From: Desulfatiglandales bacterium
GTDB taxonomy: Bacteria > Desulfobacterota > DSM-4660 > Desulfatiglandales > Desulfatiglandaceae
Reading direction: 5' to 3'
Assembly (NCBI GenBank): GCA_963666345.1
Contig: OY762721.1
Location: 3,200,001-3,264,000, forward strand
DNA: 64,000 nucleotides
The notes beneath the pieces were generated by a model, which made no database searches, had not been told where the DNA came from, and saw only the letters and a program-made list of their open reading frames with translations. Positions within the stretch are counted from its first letter, which is position 1. Each line of letters begins with the position of its first letter. Both the position numbers and the translations under genes were made by a program. Shown piece by piece: positions 19,928 to 29,916 of this stretch.

Positions 19928-21340
19928 ATGGCGGAAAAACAGGGTAAGAAAGAAAAAATTCCAAGGCAGATAATGCCTGAGCAGAAGCCTGAAGTAAGAA
20001 GAAGAAATTTTAAGGAAGTACCTACCGGTCTTACAGAGGATTTGGCGCTTAAAGAGGCTGCCAGATGTCTCCAGTGCAAGAAGCCTTCCTGTGTGGAAGG
20101 TTGTCCTGTATCAGTTGATATCCCCGGCTTTATCGCGTTGATCAAGGAAGGGGAATTTACCGGTTCTATCCGAAAGATATGGGAGAAAAACGCTTTGCCC
20201 GCGATATGCGGCAGGGTATGCCCCCAGGAAATACAGTGCGAGGGAAGCTGTATACTTGCCAAGAAGGGGGACCCGGTAGGAATAGGTAATCTTGAAAGAT
20301 TCGTGGCCGACCGCGAGCGCATGCACGGGAAAGGTGAACTGCCTCCCAAGGCCGCATCGACGGGGAAAAGGGTCGCTGTTATCGGATCGGGGCCTTCAGG
20401 CCTTACCGTGGCGGGGGATCTTATCCTAAAAGGCCATGACGTAACGATATTCGAGGCCTTCCACAAACCTGGCGGGGTCCTCGTCTACGGTATCCCGGAA
20501 TTCCGTCTTCCAAAGGAGATAGTGTATTCCGAAGTCAATTTTCTGGAACGCCTTGGAGCAAAACTTGAGATCAATACGGTAGTGGGAAGGACCGTATCCC
20601 TGGATGAACTTTTTGAACAGGGTTTTGACGCCGTCTATGTCGGAGTCGGTGCAGGCCTTCCACGCTTCCTGAATGTTCCGGGAGAAAACCTGATCGGAAT
20701 CTATTCGGCCAATGAATACCTCACAAGGGCGAATTTGATGAAGGCCTACCTGTTCCCCGAATATGATACCCCCATTGCCAAGGGAAAGGATGTCGTGGTG
20801 CTCGGGGCCGGAAACGTGGCAATGGATTCGGCAAGAACCGCCATGAGGCTGGGCGCCGATCGTGTACGGATTGTCTACAGGAGATCACGCGAAGAAATGC
20901 CGGCAAGGGCTGCGGAAATCCATCATGCCGAAGAAGAGGGTATCGAGTTTCATCTGCTTACCGCTCCCACCAGATTCATCGGAGATGAAAAGGGGCGCGT
21001 AAACTCAATGGAATGCCTCCAGATGAAGCTTGGAGAGCCTGATGAATCGGGGCGAAGAAGTCCGGTGCCCATTGAAGGATCCAAGTTCAATATCGAATGC
21101 GACCTTGTGGTTATCGCGGTGGGTGCGGGGGCCAACCCTCTGCTTACGCAATCTACCGATGGGCTTGAAATGAACAAATGGGGTTACATCATAGCCGATC
21201 CCAAGACGGGCAAAACCAGCAAGCACGGAGTTTGGGCCGGAGGCGATATAGTTACGGGGCAGGCCACGGTTATCCTTGCAATGGGAGCAGGCAGGGCAGC
21301 TTCCGATTCCATGCATGACTTTTTGACCCTTGGATGGTAA
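19928..21340 (+). CDS. nfnB: NfnB/SudA (GltD-like) large subunit
   Basis: RCLQCKKPSCVEGCP, CGRVCPQEIQCE, GSGPSGL, YGIPEFRL, GAGNVAMD; adjacent to nfnA. Confidence 0.85.
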   Translation: MAEKQGKKEKIPRQIMPEQKPEVRRRNFKEVPTGLTEDLALKEAARCLQCKKPSCVEGCPVSVDIPGFIALIKEGEFTGSIRKIWEKNALPAICGRVCPQEIQCEGSCILAKKGDPVGIGNLERFVADRERMHGKGELPPKAASTGKRVAVIGSGPSGLTVAGDLILKGHDVTIFEAFHKPGGVLVYGIPEFRLPKEIVYSEVNFLERLGAKLEINTVVGRTVSLDELFEQGFDAVYVGVGAGLPRFLNVPGENLIGIYSANEYLTRANLMKAYLFPEYDTPIAKGKDVVVLGAGNVAMDSARTAMRLGADRVRIVYRRSREEMPARAAEIHHAEEEGIEFHLLTAPTRFIGDEKGRVNSMECLQMKLGEPDESGRRSPVPIEGSKFNIECDLVVIAVGAGANPLLTQSTDGLEMNKWGYIIADPKTGKTSKHGVWAGGDIVTGQATVILAMGAGRAASDSMHDFLTLGW

Positions 21341-21367
21341 GGATCGGATATAAACGGTAATTATCAT

Positions 21368-21420
21368 ACTCCTTCATTTCAGGATGTCATTCAGGTCTTG
21401 AAATGGAGGAGTTTTTTTTA
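21368..21420 (+). terminator. Intrinsic terminator after nfnB
   Basis: ACTCCTTCATTTCA...TGAAATGGAGGAGT hairpin followed by a T-run. Confidence 0.7.
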
Positions 21421-21607
21421 TTTTGATAATCCGGTTTATAATTGAACCGGCCCTCCGGATAAAGATTTATATAAAATTATGTATTAATCTAGTATGATTA
21501 ATCGTGTGGAAAGGGGGCGGGGGGGCAAGGGTTCAGAAGCGGGCGATTTCAGAAATTCCCTTTACCCGCACGATTCCACAACCTTAGTCACTTAAAATAT
21601 CAGTCGG

Positions 21608-21701
21608 TGCTATCAGCGCTCGGCTTTCGGCAGTCAGAAAAAGCGATGAAGCATGCCGTTAAGCTCAATGCTGATGGCTGAGCGCTCCATCCGGAAGTCT
21701 T
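21608..21701. repeat. Dispersed ~90-bp heptamer-based repeat, copy 1
   Basis: Closely matches the reverse complement of 33975-34063 (TGCTATCAGCGCTCGGCT...GTTAAGC.CAATGCTG...CGCTCCATCCGGAA.TCTT). Confidence 0.8.
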
Positions 21702-21847
21702 TGATTTATGAATGACAGGCGCTTCCGATCCATTAAGGCAAAAGCATTTTGCTTTAAACCCGGCCTGAAAACCGGGGTTTTCGTAATGAAATAGATTTAT
21801 AAAACCGGCTGCATCCGGCGGGTGCGGCAAGGAAAGGCTTTTCAGGT

Positions 21848-23647
21848 ATGATTCAGATAAGAAATTTCAGCATAATAGCCCACATAGACCATGGGAAATC
21901 AACCCTTGCCGATCGTTTCATACAGGCGACGGGTTTGGTGGGGACGAGGGAATTTCGCGAACAGATGCTCGACAATATGGATATAGAACGTGAGAGGGGT
22001 ATTACGATAAAGAGCCAGGCCATTTCACTTCCCTACAGGAGCAGGGATGGAGAAGAATTTGAGCTCAATCTGATCGATACTCCCGGTCATGTCGATTTTT
22101 CCTATGAAGTATCACGCGCGCTTGCCTCCTGTGAGGGGGTTTTGCTGCTCATAGATGCCGCGCAGGGGGTCGAGGCCCAGACGGTAGCTAATCTGTATGC
22201 CGCGATGGAGCAGGATCTGGAGATAATTCCAGTTATCAACAAGATTGATCTTCCTTCCGCCGACATAGAAAGGGTAAGGGAGGAGATCGAGATCGACCTG
22301 GGGCTTGATTCCGACACGGCCATCCTCTGCTCCGCCAAGGAGGGTACAGGCATTGAAGAGGTTCTTGAGGCGATTGTTGACATGATACCTGCACCTGAAA
22401 CAAAAACGGATGACCCTCTGAGTGCGCTTATCTTCGACGCCCGGTACGATCCTTTCAGGGGCACGGTCGTAAGCTGCAGGGTTTTTTCAGGCAGCTTGGG
22501 AGAGGGCGATATCATAAGGCTTATGTCAAACGGCGCGAACTATAAGGTCGAGGAGGTAGGCCTTTTCAGGGTGACACGGGAGAAGAAGAAGCGCCTTTCC
22601 GCGGGCGAGGTGGGTTATGTTATAGCGGGTATAAAAACCGTGGCGGATACCAGGGTTGGGGATACGATAACGCTTGAGAACAATCCCGTAGCCGAACCGC
22701 AGCCCGGCTTCAAAGATGTCAAGCCTGTAGTGTTTTCATCCGTCTACCCTGTGGCATCGGACGATTACCCGTCCCTTACGGATGCCCTCGAAAAATACAA
22801 GCTCAATGACGCGGCGCTTGCCTACCAGAAAGATTCGTCGGCAGCGCTCGGAATGGGTTTTCGTTGCGGCTTTCTGGGTCTTCTGCACCTGGAGATTGTC
22901 CAGGAGCGTCTTGAAAGGGAATTCGGGCAATCCATAATAATGACGACCCCGACCGTGGAATACCGCTTTACGCTTTCGGACGGGGAGGTCATTATAATCG
23001 ATAATCCCACCTATTACCCCGACCCCGGCTCCATCGTGAGATCCGAGGAACCCTTTATCCGGGCCGGCATTCTGATACCGGAGCGCTATATGGGTTCGGT
23101 CATGGACCTGTGCAGGGAAAGAAGAGGGGTGAATCCGAAATTCAACTATCCGACAACGGGAAGGGTGGAGATCCAGTTTGACATGCCGCTGGCGGAGGTC
23201 ATCTATGACTTCTATGACAGGCTCAAGACCGTCACACAGGGGTATGGTTCGTTTGACTATGAACTGCTCGATTATCGTGAAAGCGATCTGGTTAAGCTCG
23301 ATATCCTTCTGAACGGAGAAAGGGTCGATGCGCTTGCCCAGATAGTTCACAGGGAAAAGGCAAGGCTGAGGGCCGTTAACGCCTGTAACAGGCTCAAGGA
23401 GGAGATCCCGAGGCACCTTTTCAAAATCGCGGTGCAGGGGGCTCTGGGCGGAACCATAATCGCCAGATCAACCATCTCGCCCTTTAGAAAAGATGTGACG
23501 GCAAAATGCTACGGTGGGGATATTTCAAGGAAGCGAAAGCTGCTTGAAAAGCAAAAAAAAGGCAAGAAGCGGATGAAAATGATAGGATCGGTCACCATCC
23601 CCCAGAGTGCCTTTGTTTCAGTGCTCAAGGGAGAAAAAAATGACTGA
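21848..23647 (+). CDS. lepA: Elongation factor 4 (LepA)
   Basis: IRNFSIIAHIDHGKSTLADR, GFRCGFLGLLH, RKDVTAKCYGGDISRKRKLLEKQK. Confidence 0.97.
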   Translation: MIQIRNFSIIAHIDHGKSTLADRFIQATGLVGTREFREQMLDNMDIERERGITIKSQAISLPYRSRDGEEFELNLIDTPGHVDFSYEVSRALASCEGVLLLIDAAQGVEAQTVANLYAAMEQDLEIIPVINKIDLPSADIERVREEIEIDLGLDSDTAILCSAKEGTGIEEVLEAIVDMIPAPETKTDDPLSALIFDARYDPFRGTVVSCRVFSGSLGEGDIIRLMSNGANYKVEEVGLFRVTREKKKRLSAGEVGYVIAGIKTVADTRVGDTITLENNPVAEPQPGFKDVKPVVFSSVYPVASDDYPSLTDALEKYKLNDAALAYQKDSSAALGMGFRCGFLGLLHLEIVQERLEREFGQSIIMTTPTVEYRFTLSDGEVIIIDNPTYYPDPGSIVRSEEPFIRAGILIPERYMGSVMDLCRERRGVNPKFNYPTTGRVEIQFDMPLAEVIYDFYDRLKTVTQGYGSFDYELLDYRESDLVKLDILLNGERVDALAQIVHREKARLRAVNACNRLKEEIPRHLFKIAVQGALGGTIIARSTISPFRKDVTAKCYGGDISRKRKLLEKQKKGKKRMKMIGSVTIPQSAFVSVLKGEKND

Positions 23648-23748
23648 ATCCAAAAAAAAATCTGCTCAAACGGAAGACCATCGGTATTCGTAAAGATCTC
23701 TGCCGTATTTAACCGCTTGATTCAAAACCAAAAGGGACACGGGTTGTT

Positions 23749-24858
23749 ATGGCTGAACCAGGCCTTTATGTTCATATCCCATTTTGCAGGAGCAAGTGCC
23801 CTTATTGCTCCTTTTATTCCATCGCTTCAACCTCCCTTGCGCCCCGCTGGCTCAAGGCGTTTGAAAGAGAGCTTGAACATTATAAGGGCCTCTTCAGATG
23901 CTATGACACCCTTTATATCGGGGGGGGGACGCCCACCTGTATCGGAATCGGGATGCTGGAGACTTTGATGAACGCCATCAACAGACAGGCATGTCTTAGT
24001 GCCGGAGCGGAGCTTACGATAGAGGCAAACCCGTGCGATCTTACAAGGGAAATGATTTCATTTCTGAAGGATGCCGGTTTTAACAGGGTCAGCCTTGGAG
24101 TTCAGTCATTTGATGACAATATCCTCGATTTTCTGGGAAGAAATCATAGCGGACTTGAAGCTGTAAAGGCCCTTGAAGAATTGCGTTCGCAGGGCATTGA
24201 AAACATCAGTATGGATTTTATCTACGGCCTTAGCGTTCAGAATACCGTTGAATGGGTAAAGGATCTTGGAACGGCCCTTTCCTTTCGCCCCGAGCATATC
24301 TCCTGTTACCAGCTGTCCATAGAGAAAAAGACCCTGTTTGACAGATTGAGGCAACGGGGGGAACTTGATCTTATTTCCGAAGAAGAGGAACGCGAATATT
24401 TCCTCTGCACCTCCCGTTTTCTGGAACAAAAGGGCTACATACATTATGAAATCTCCAGTTTCGCCAGGAACGAGGCCTGCCTTTCAAGGCATAACAGTAA
24501 ATATTGGTCAAGGGTGCCTTATCTCGGACTCGGCCCGTCGGCCCACTCCTATGACGGTACATCCAGATGGTGGAATGTCCGCTCAGTCAAAAAATATATA
24601 ACCGCTCTGGATAGCTTCATTCCCCCAGTGGATGAAAAGGAACTCATATCCCCGGAACAGGCAAGGATCGAATCCCTTTGCACCGGCATAAGGACCCTGA
24701 AGGGTTTTCCTTTGACGGATCTGTCCTCAGCCCCCGAGGCGTCGAAGAATCTCCTGAGACTGCAGGAGGGGGGATATATCCGTCTGAAAAGGGACAGGGC
24801 TATCCCCACGAAAAAGGGATTCCTTGTGGCGGACCGAATAGCGTTGCTCCTTTCCTGA
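23749..24858 (+). CDS. hemW: Radical SAM heme chaperone HemW
   Basis: LYVHIPFCRSKCPYCSF, GGGTP, YEISSFA...HNSKYW; follows lepA. Confidence 0.88.
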   Translation: MAEPGLYVHIPFCRSKCPYCSFYSIASTSLAPRWLKAFERELEHYKGLFRCYDTLYIGGGTPTCIGIGMLETLMNAINRQACLSAGAELTIEANPCDLTREMISFLKDAGFNRVSLGVQSFDDNILDFLGRNHSGLEAVKALEELRSQGIENISMDFIYGLSVQNTVEWVKDLGTALSFRPEHISCYQLSIEKKTLFDRLRQRGELDLISEEEEREYFLCTSRFLEQKGYIHYEISSFARNEACLSRHNSKYWSRVPYLGLGPSAHSYDGTSRWWNVRSVKKYITALDSFIPPVDEKELISPEQARIESLCTGIRTLKGFPLTDLSSAPEASKNLLRLQEGGYIRLKRDRAIPTKKGFLVADRIALLLS

Positions 24859-25032
24859 AGGCCCCCGGGTTTGATTCGTCATTCATTTAAATCCTGATAA
24901 ATTGATTAAAAAGCTTGCCTGTGATAAAAGAAAATATCGGTTTTTTGTTGGATGGTTTTTAGGTGTTATAAGGGAGAGCGAAAACCGACACCCGCACAAT
25001 GAGTTTTGTATCAAGATGAGGAAAATTTGACT

Positions 25033-27393
25033 ATGGAGACAGCTGAGATAGGTACAAAGAGAAAGGAGGCTGAGGTATATTATTCTATGGGCCTGCTTGA
25101 AGAATCCCTCGGCGTTTATGAAAAGATCCTTTCTTTATCCGATAATACCATGGATACCCAAGATAGGAATACGATACAAGAGAAGATCGGGCACATCAGA
25201 GACGAGATAACCACCCGAAGGCAGAGAGATGAAGAGGAGATGTCATCGGAAGGTGCCTCCTCGATAAAATCTTCCCTCAGCGAAAGCCGGGATGCAAAAG
25301 AGATCCTGGAAAATGCCTCCGCATTGATTGAGCTGGGCCTTGTTGAAGACGCGCTCAAGGAGTATGTAAAGGCCTTCGATCTTGACCTTCCCTCCCAAAA
25401 GGTACTCCATGAGTTTTCCCGAATAATGTCCAAGAAACATTCGCCAGGTGACATTATGGAATGGGTGGGTAAACTTATTGATCAAAAATGGGATGATAAT
25501 GAGGATAGGGCCGAGATCAGATTCCGGTTTGCCCTGGAAATGGAGAGCAGGGGAAACAAGGACCTGGCCTTCAATATTTATAAGGAAGCCTCAAAGATAG
25601 ACCCTTCCAACATGGAATTGAAGGAAAGGCTTGATTCTATTATCAAGGCCATGTTTTCAGGCTCAAGATATGACTATCTCCTTAATAAAAAACTGGTTAA
25701 TTCAGACCAGTTACAAAAGGCCCTGGCCATCTCCAGAAAGACGAGGAGAAGTGTCGAATTCGTCCTGATAGATCATTTCAAGATCCCCAAGAAGGAAATG
25801 GGGAAATCCCTGTCACTTTTCTATGGATGTCCATTCAAGGGTTTTGATTCAAAGATGCCCATTCCCGTGGAACTGATAAGAAATCTGAAGAAGACATTTT
25901 TACTCCATGACATATGGGTCCCTATAAATTGGAGCAGAGCCGGTGTTGAGATCCTGGTGGATGATCCTAAAGACCTTGGAAAGACGGGGCAGATAAGCGC
26001 CCTTATGAAGACGCGAAAGATCCTGTTTTGTGTCGGGATAAAGGAGGATATCGAACAGTTTATTCAGTATTTCTTTGAAAGGAAGAGGGAAAAACCTGTC
26101 GAAGAAATGATGGAAGAACTCGATATGATTCCCGATATCTCATTTGAGGAAGAAGAGGATCTCGAAGAGATAGCCGATGATCATGATGAGTCCTCCAGTC
26201 AGGTTGTCAGATTCGTTGACCAGTTTCTGATAACCGCATATCGTAAAAACGCCTCGGATATACATATTGAGCCTTCCCCCGTTACCAAAACAACGGGAAT
26301 ACGCTTCCGCCTGGACGGGGTATGCCATGAATATATGCAGGTTCCGAATTCCATGGCAAGGGGGATACTCTCAAGGCTCAAGATAATGGCAGGCCTGGAT
26401 ATCGCGGAAAGGCGACTTCCACAGGACGGAAAGATCAAATTCAGGAGAAAGGGTGTGCCGGCCTTTGAAATGAGGATGGCCACCATCCCTACGACCGGTG
26501 GCTTTGAAGATGCCGTCCTGAGAATACTCGCAAAGGCAGGCGCGATGATGCTGGACGAGATGGGTTTGAGTGAAAGGAATTTGGACGCCCTTCTTAAGAT
26601 ATTATCTCAGCCCTATGGCCTGATTCTTGTCGTGGGTCCGACCGGTTCAGGAAAAACCACTACCCTTCACGCGGCCCTGGGTCATATCAATAAGCCGGGA
26701 ATAAAGATATGGACTGCGGAGGACCCTGTGGAAATAACCCAGCATGGCCTCAGACAGGTGGAGGTAAAATCAAAAATAGGGCTTGATTTCGCAAGGGTGA
26801 TGAGGGCTTTTTTGAGGGCCGATCCTGATGTCATCATGATCGGTGAGATGCGTGACTATGAAACTGCCTCCACTGGTGTTGAGGCCTCACTTACCGGCCA
26901 TCTTGTCTTTTCCACCCTTCACACCAACAGCGCTCCGGAGACGGTTACAAGGCTGCTCGACATGGGCCTGAATCCGCTCAATTTCTCCGACGCCTTTCTG
27001 GGAGTTCTCGCCCAGCGTCTGGTGAGAAGGCTTTGCAACAACTGCAAGGAAAAATATAACCCATCAAAAGATGAATTCGAAGAACTGGTAAAAGAGTACG
27101 GCGAAGAGGCGTTCAAGAGTACAGGTATTCGGTACTCGTCAGACATTGCACTGTATCGTGCCAAGGGATGTGACAAGTGCTCCGAAAGCGGATATAAGGG
27201 AAGAATGGGAATTCATGAGTTCATGGTAGGTTCAAATGAGATAAAAAGGCTTGTCAAAAAGGCCGCTACTTCAGAAGATCTTTTCCGGCAGGCCAAAGCC
27301 GAAGGCATGACGACCCTTAAACAGGACGGATTGTTAAAGGTTTTTCAGGGATTTACCGACATAAATGAGATCAGGAGAGTCTGTATCGAGTAG
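25033..27393 (+). CDS. PilB/GspE-family assembly ATPase with N-terminal TPR-like extension
   Basis: ASDIHIEP, LDIAERRLPQDG, GPTGSGKTTT, RADPDVIMIGEMRD, LTGHLVFSTLHTN, tetracysteine CNNC/CDKC; alternative TTG start at 25006. Confidence 0.9.
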   Translation: METAEIGTKRKEAEVYYSMGLLEESLGVYEKILSLSDNTMDTQDRNTIQEKIGHIRDEITTRRQRDEEEMSSEGASSIKSSLSESRDAKEILENASALIELGLVEDALKEYVKAFDLDLPSQKVLHEFSRIMSKKHSPGDIMEWVGKLIDQKWDDNEDRAEIRFRFALEMESRGNKDLAFNIYKEASKIDPSNMELKERLDSIIKAMFSGSRYDYLLNKKLVNSDQLQKALAISRKTRRSVEFVLIDHFKIPKKEMGKSLSLFYGCPFKGFDSKMPIPVELIRNLKKTFLLHDIWVPINWSRAGVEILVDDPKDLGKTGQISALMKTRKILFCVGIKEDIEQFIQYFFERKREKPVEEMMEELDMIPDISFEEEEDLEEIADDHDESSSQVVRFVDQFLITAYRKNASDIHIEPSPVTKTTGIRFRLDGVCHEYMQVPNSMARGILSRLKIMAGLDIAERRLPQDGKIKFRRKGVPAFEMRMATIPTTGGFEDAVLRILAKAGAMMLDEMGLSERNLDALLKILSQPYGLILVVGPTGSGKTTTLHAALGHINKPGIKIWTAEDPVEITQHGLRQVEVKSKIGLDFARVMRAFLRADPDVIMIGEMRDYETASTGVEASLTGHLVFSTLHTNSAPETVTRLLDMGLNPLNFSDAFLGVLAQRLVRRLCNNCKEKYNPSKDEFEELVKEYGEEAFKSTGIRYSSDIALYRAKGCDKCSESGYKGRMGIHEFMVGSNEIKRLVKKAATSEDLFRQAKAEGMTTLKQDGLLKVFQGFTDINEIRRVCIE

Positions 27394-27459
27394 GAATATT
27401 TATCGGGTCAATCTGTGTTTTAACCGTATCAATTATCACAAACAGCCTTTGTAAAGGTA

Positions 27460-28269
27460 ATGAAGATGTCTCGAAAAGTCCTGGTAGTAGACAATGATTT
27501 TTTCTTCGTTGAATTTTTGGCCGAACTCCTTGAAAACCGAGGCTATAAAGTCATAAAGGCCTATGACGGAAAGGAGGGGCTGGAGCGGTTTGATGAAAAT
27601 CAGTTTGATCTGGTTTTTTGTGACATTATCATGCCGAAGATAGACGGAGGTCTGTTTATAAATATAATAAGAAAGAGATATCCTGATGCCTCATTTCCTA
27701 TAATAGCCCTTTCGGATCTGATAATTGAACAACTGGGTGACGTCAAAAAGCTGAAGGCGGATTACTATATACCGAAGGGGCCTATGGAGGAGATGGGAAA
27801 GGAACTTGAAACGCTCCTCGACAGGATAGAAAAGGATCCCCTGCCTTTTCAGGACAAGGAGGAGTTCTTTGAAAGGGACAACCTGTACCCCAGACAGGCA
27901 TCGGTGGAACTTATGGAAAGCCTCAATTTTCAGAAGTCTATTATCGAAAGTATCGGGGTAGGAATAGTAGTCGTGGACAAGGATGCCAAAGTAATAGGCT
28001 CCAACGGGGCGGCCCTCGAAATTTTAAAAAAGTCGATGGAACAGGTCTTGAACAATAAGATCATCAATGTTTTCCCGGAAAACTGTAAGGCAAAACTGGT
28101 GCAGTCCCTGAAACAGGTGATCCAGGATCAGGATGTAAAAAACAGTGCCTTTGCATTCAAATACAAAGACAAAAACATAGGCGTTATCGTCTCTGTTTTG
28201 AGATTGGAAGGAGAGATCGCCGGATGGACAATAACCATGGAGGACACGGAATGGGCAGAACAAGCATAA
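27460..28269 (+). CDS. Response regulator (REC + PAS)
   Basis: VLVVDND, FCDIIMP, IPKGP receiver motifs; C-terminal PAS-like IIESIGVGIVVVDKD...N. Confidence 0.85.
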   Translation: MKMSRKVLVVDNDFFFVEFLAELLENRGYKVIKAYDGKEGLERFDENQFDLVFCDIIMPKIDGGLFINIIRKRYPDASFPIIALSDLIIEQLGDVKKLKADYYIPKGPMEEMGKELETLLDRIEKDPLPFQDKEEFFERDNLYPRQASVELMESLNFQKSIIESIGVGIVVVDKDAKVIGSNGAALEILKKSMEQVLNNKIINVFPENCKAKLVQSLKQVIQDQDVKNSAFAFKYKDKNIGVIVSVLRLEGEIAGWTITMEDTEWAEQA

Positions 28270-29510
28270 AAAACAAGTTAATCCTAAGCTTTCTGCTGTT
28301 ACTTCTGCTGGTCGTGATTGTCATATCCATAGTGAATCAGGTCGCGCATGATTTCTATATCGCCCAGGCAATTTCCATAGCTATTGCCATGGCTTCAGGG
28401 ATTGTTTTCGGAAGCATCTTTTCAAGCTCTATCGTGAACAGGTTGAAAAGCCTCAGTGACGTGGCAAAGGAGATAAGCAAAGGTGATCTTTCCAAGGAAA
28501 TAGAACTGCTGTCCCGTGATGAGGTAAGGGATCTCGAAGAGGTGTTTGCCGCAATGGTGGGTGATCTGAAGAGGGTCCTGAATGACATGAAAAGGGCGTC
28601 CATCCAGATTCAGAGCACAAACAGGATCCTTAACGAACTGTTCAAAAAGATCCTCACCAACGGCCAGATGATAGATCAGTCGGCCACGGACATCGCGAAG
28701 GGTTCGGAGGAACAGGCCATGATCGTACAAAAGACATCCCAGAAGATGGATGAAGGCCTGAGACAGATGGACGAGCTGGTAAAAAAGACGCAGGAAACGG
28801 TTTCCAAGATAGGTGAGGCACGCCACAAAAGTGAGATGGGTGAGGCAAAGGCCAGAGAAACCCTTCAGCATCTGGACGGGGTTTTGAGACAGATGACAGG
28901 CTATACGGAGCCTATATACAGGCTGTCAAACAGGGTTGAGAAGATACAGCTCGTAATAAAGGTGATGGATGAAATCGCCCAGAAAACAGACCTGCTTTCC
29001 CTCAATGCCTCTATCGAGGCCACAAGGGCGGGGGAACTGGGGAAGGGGTTTGCACTTGTTGCAAATGAGATCAGGTCCATGGCCGAGAACTCAAAGCAGT
29101 CGTCCCATGAAATAGCCGATATCGTGGAATCTATAATGGAAGAAAACAAGGCGGTCATAGACGCACTTTCAAAGAGTCAGACAGGTATCAAGAAGGGGCG
29201 TGAAATAATCGACGGAATCGTGGGTACGTTCGGGGAAACGGTTTCAGGTGTCAAGGATATATTTCAGGAAGTGAAGCAGATAGAAGAGGTCAACCGCAGG
29301 CAGCTCGATCAAATGAATTCCTTTATCGATTATTTCAAGGAGCTTTCCAGGCTGGCCCAGGGAAATTATTTGTCCACTCAGAAGACAAGTGTCGCCACCA
29401 AGAGACAGAAGGAAGATATAATCGAGATGGCAAAGACCATGAAGTCGCTCAATTTGCAGTCTGAAAAGATGATCAAGACACAGCAAGGGTTCAGGCTTGG
29501 ACAAGAATAA
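28251..29510 (+). CDS. Methyl-accepting chemotaxis protein, two adjacent TMs with almost no periplasmic domain (DifA-like)
   Basis: TM-short loop-TM, HAMP (GDLS..RDEV), signalling tip IAQKTDLLSLNASIEATRAGELGKGFALVANEIR. Confidence 0.9.
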   Translation: MGRTSIKNKLILSFLLLLLLVVIVISIVNQVAHDFYIAQAISIAIAMASGIVFGSIFSSSIVNRLKSLSDVAKEISKGDLSKEIELLSRDEVRDLEEVFAAMVGDLKRVLNDMKRASIQIQSTNRILNELFKKILTNGQMIDQSATDIAKGSEEQAMIVQKTSQKMDEGLRQMDELVKKTQETVSKIGEARHKSEMGEAKARETLQHLDGVLRQMTGYTEPIYRLSNRVEKIQLVIKVMDEIAQKTDLLSLNASIEATRAGELGKGFALVANEIRSMAENSKQSSHEIADIVESIMEENKAVIDALSKSQTGIKKGREIIDGIVGTFGETVSGVKDIFQEVKQIEEVNRRQLDQMNSFIDYFKELSRLAQGNYLSTQKTSVATKRQKEDIIEMAKTMKSLNLQSEKMIKTQQGFRLGQE

Positions 29511-29916
29511 AAAAAAGGAGTGCTTCGTATTCAAGGCGTTCGATCAATACCTGGGGATAAGACCGCGCTATATATACAGGGTGGTGGATGAGATCAAGAT
29601 TACGCCGGTTCCCCTGGTATCGGAATGCTATCTTGGGTTGATCTATTACAGGGGGGAGTTGTTCGATGTCCTTCAGGCCGGCAGGTTAATGGGTAAGGTG
29701 GAGCTTTCTGCTGAGAACGGCCGGATAATACTTCTTAAATGGGGGGGCAAGAAGATAGGGCTGATCCCTGAAAAGATTGTCGGACTGACATGGATAAGCG
29801 GAGAGGGAGAAGGGGAAGAGAAATACGGTACGGATGAGTGTCCCCTGAGGTTTATTGAACCTGATGATATCTGGGATATGGTAAACGGGTTTTCCGATGG
29901 ATTTGACAAAATATGA
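29497..29916 (+). CDS. CheW-family adaptor
   Basis: ITPVPL...LGLIYYRGELFDVL and IGLIPEKIVG; lies between the MCP and CheA genes. Confidence 0.8.
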   Translation: MDKNKKKECFVFKAFDQYLGIRPRYIYRVVDEIKITPVPLVSECYLGLIYYRGELFDVLQAGRLMGKVELSAENGRIILLKWGGKKIGLIPEKIVGLTWISGEGEGEEKYGTDECPLRFIEPDDIWDMVNGFSDGFDKI

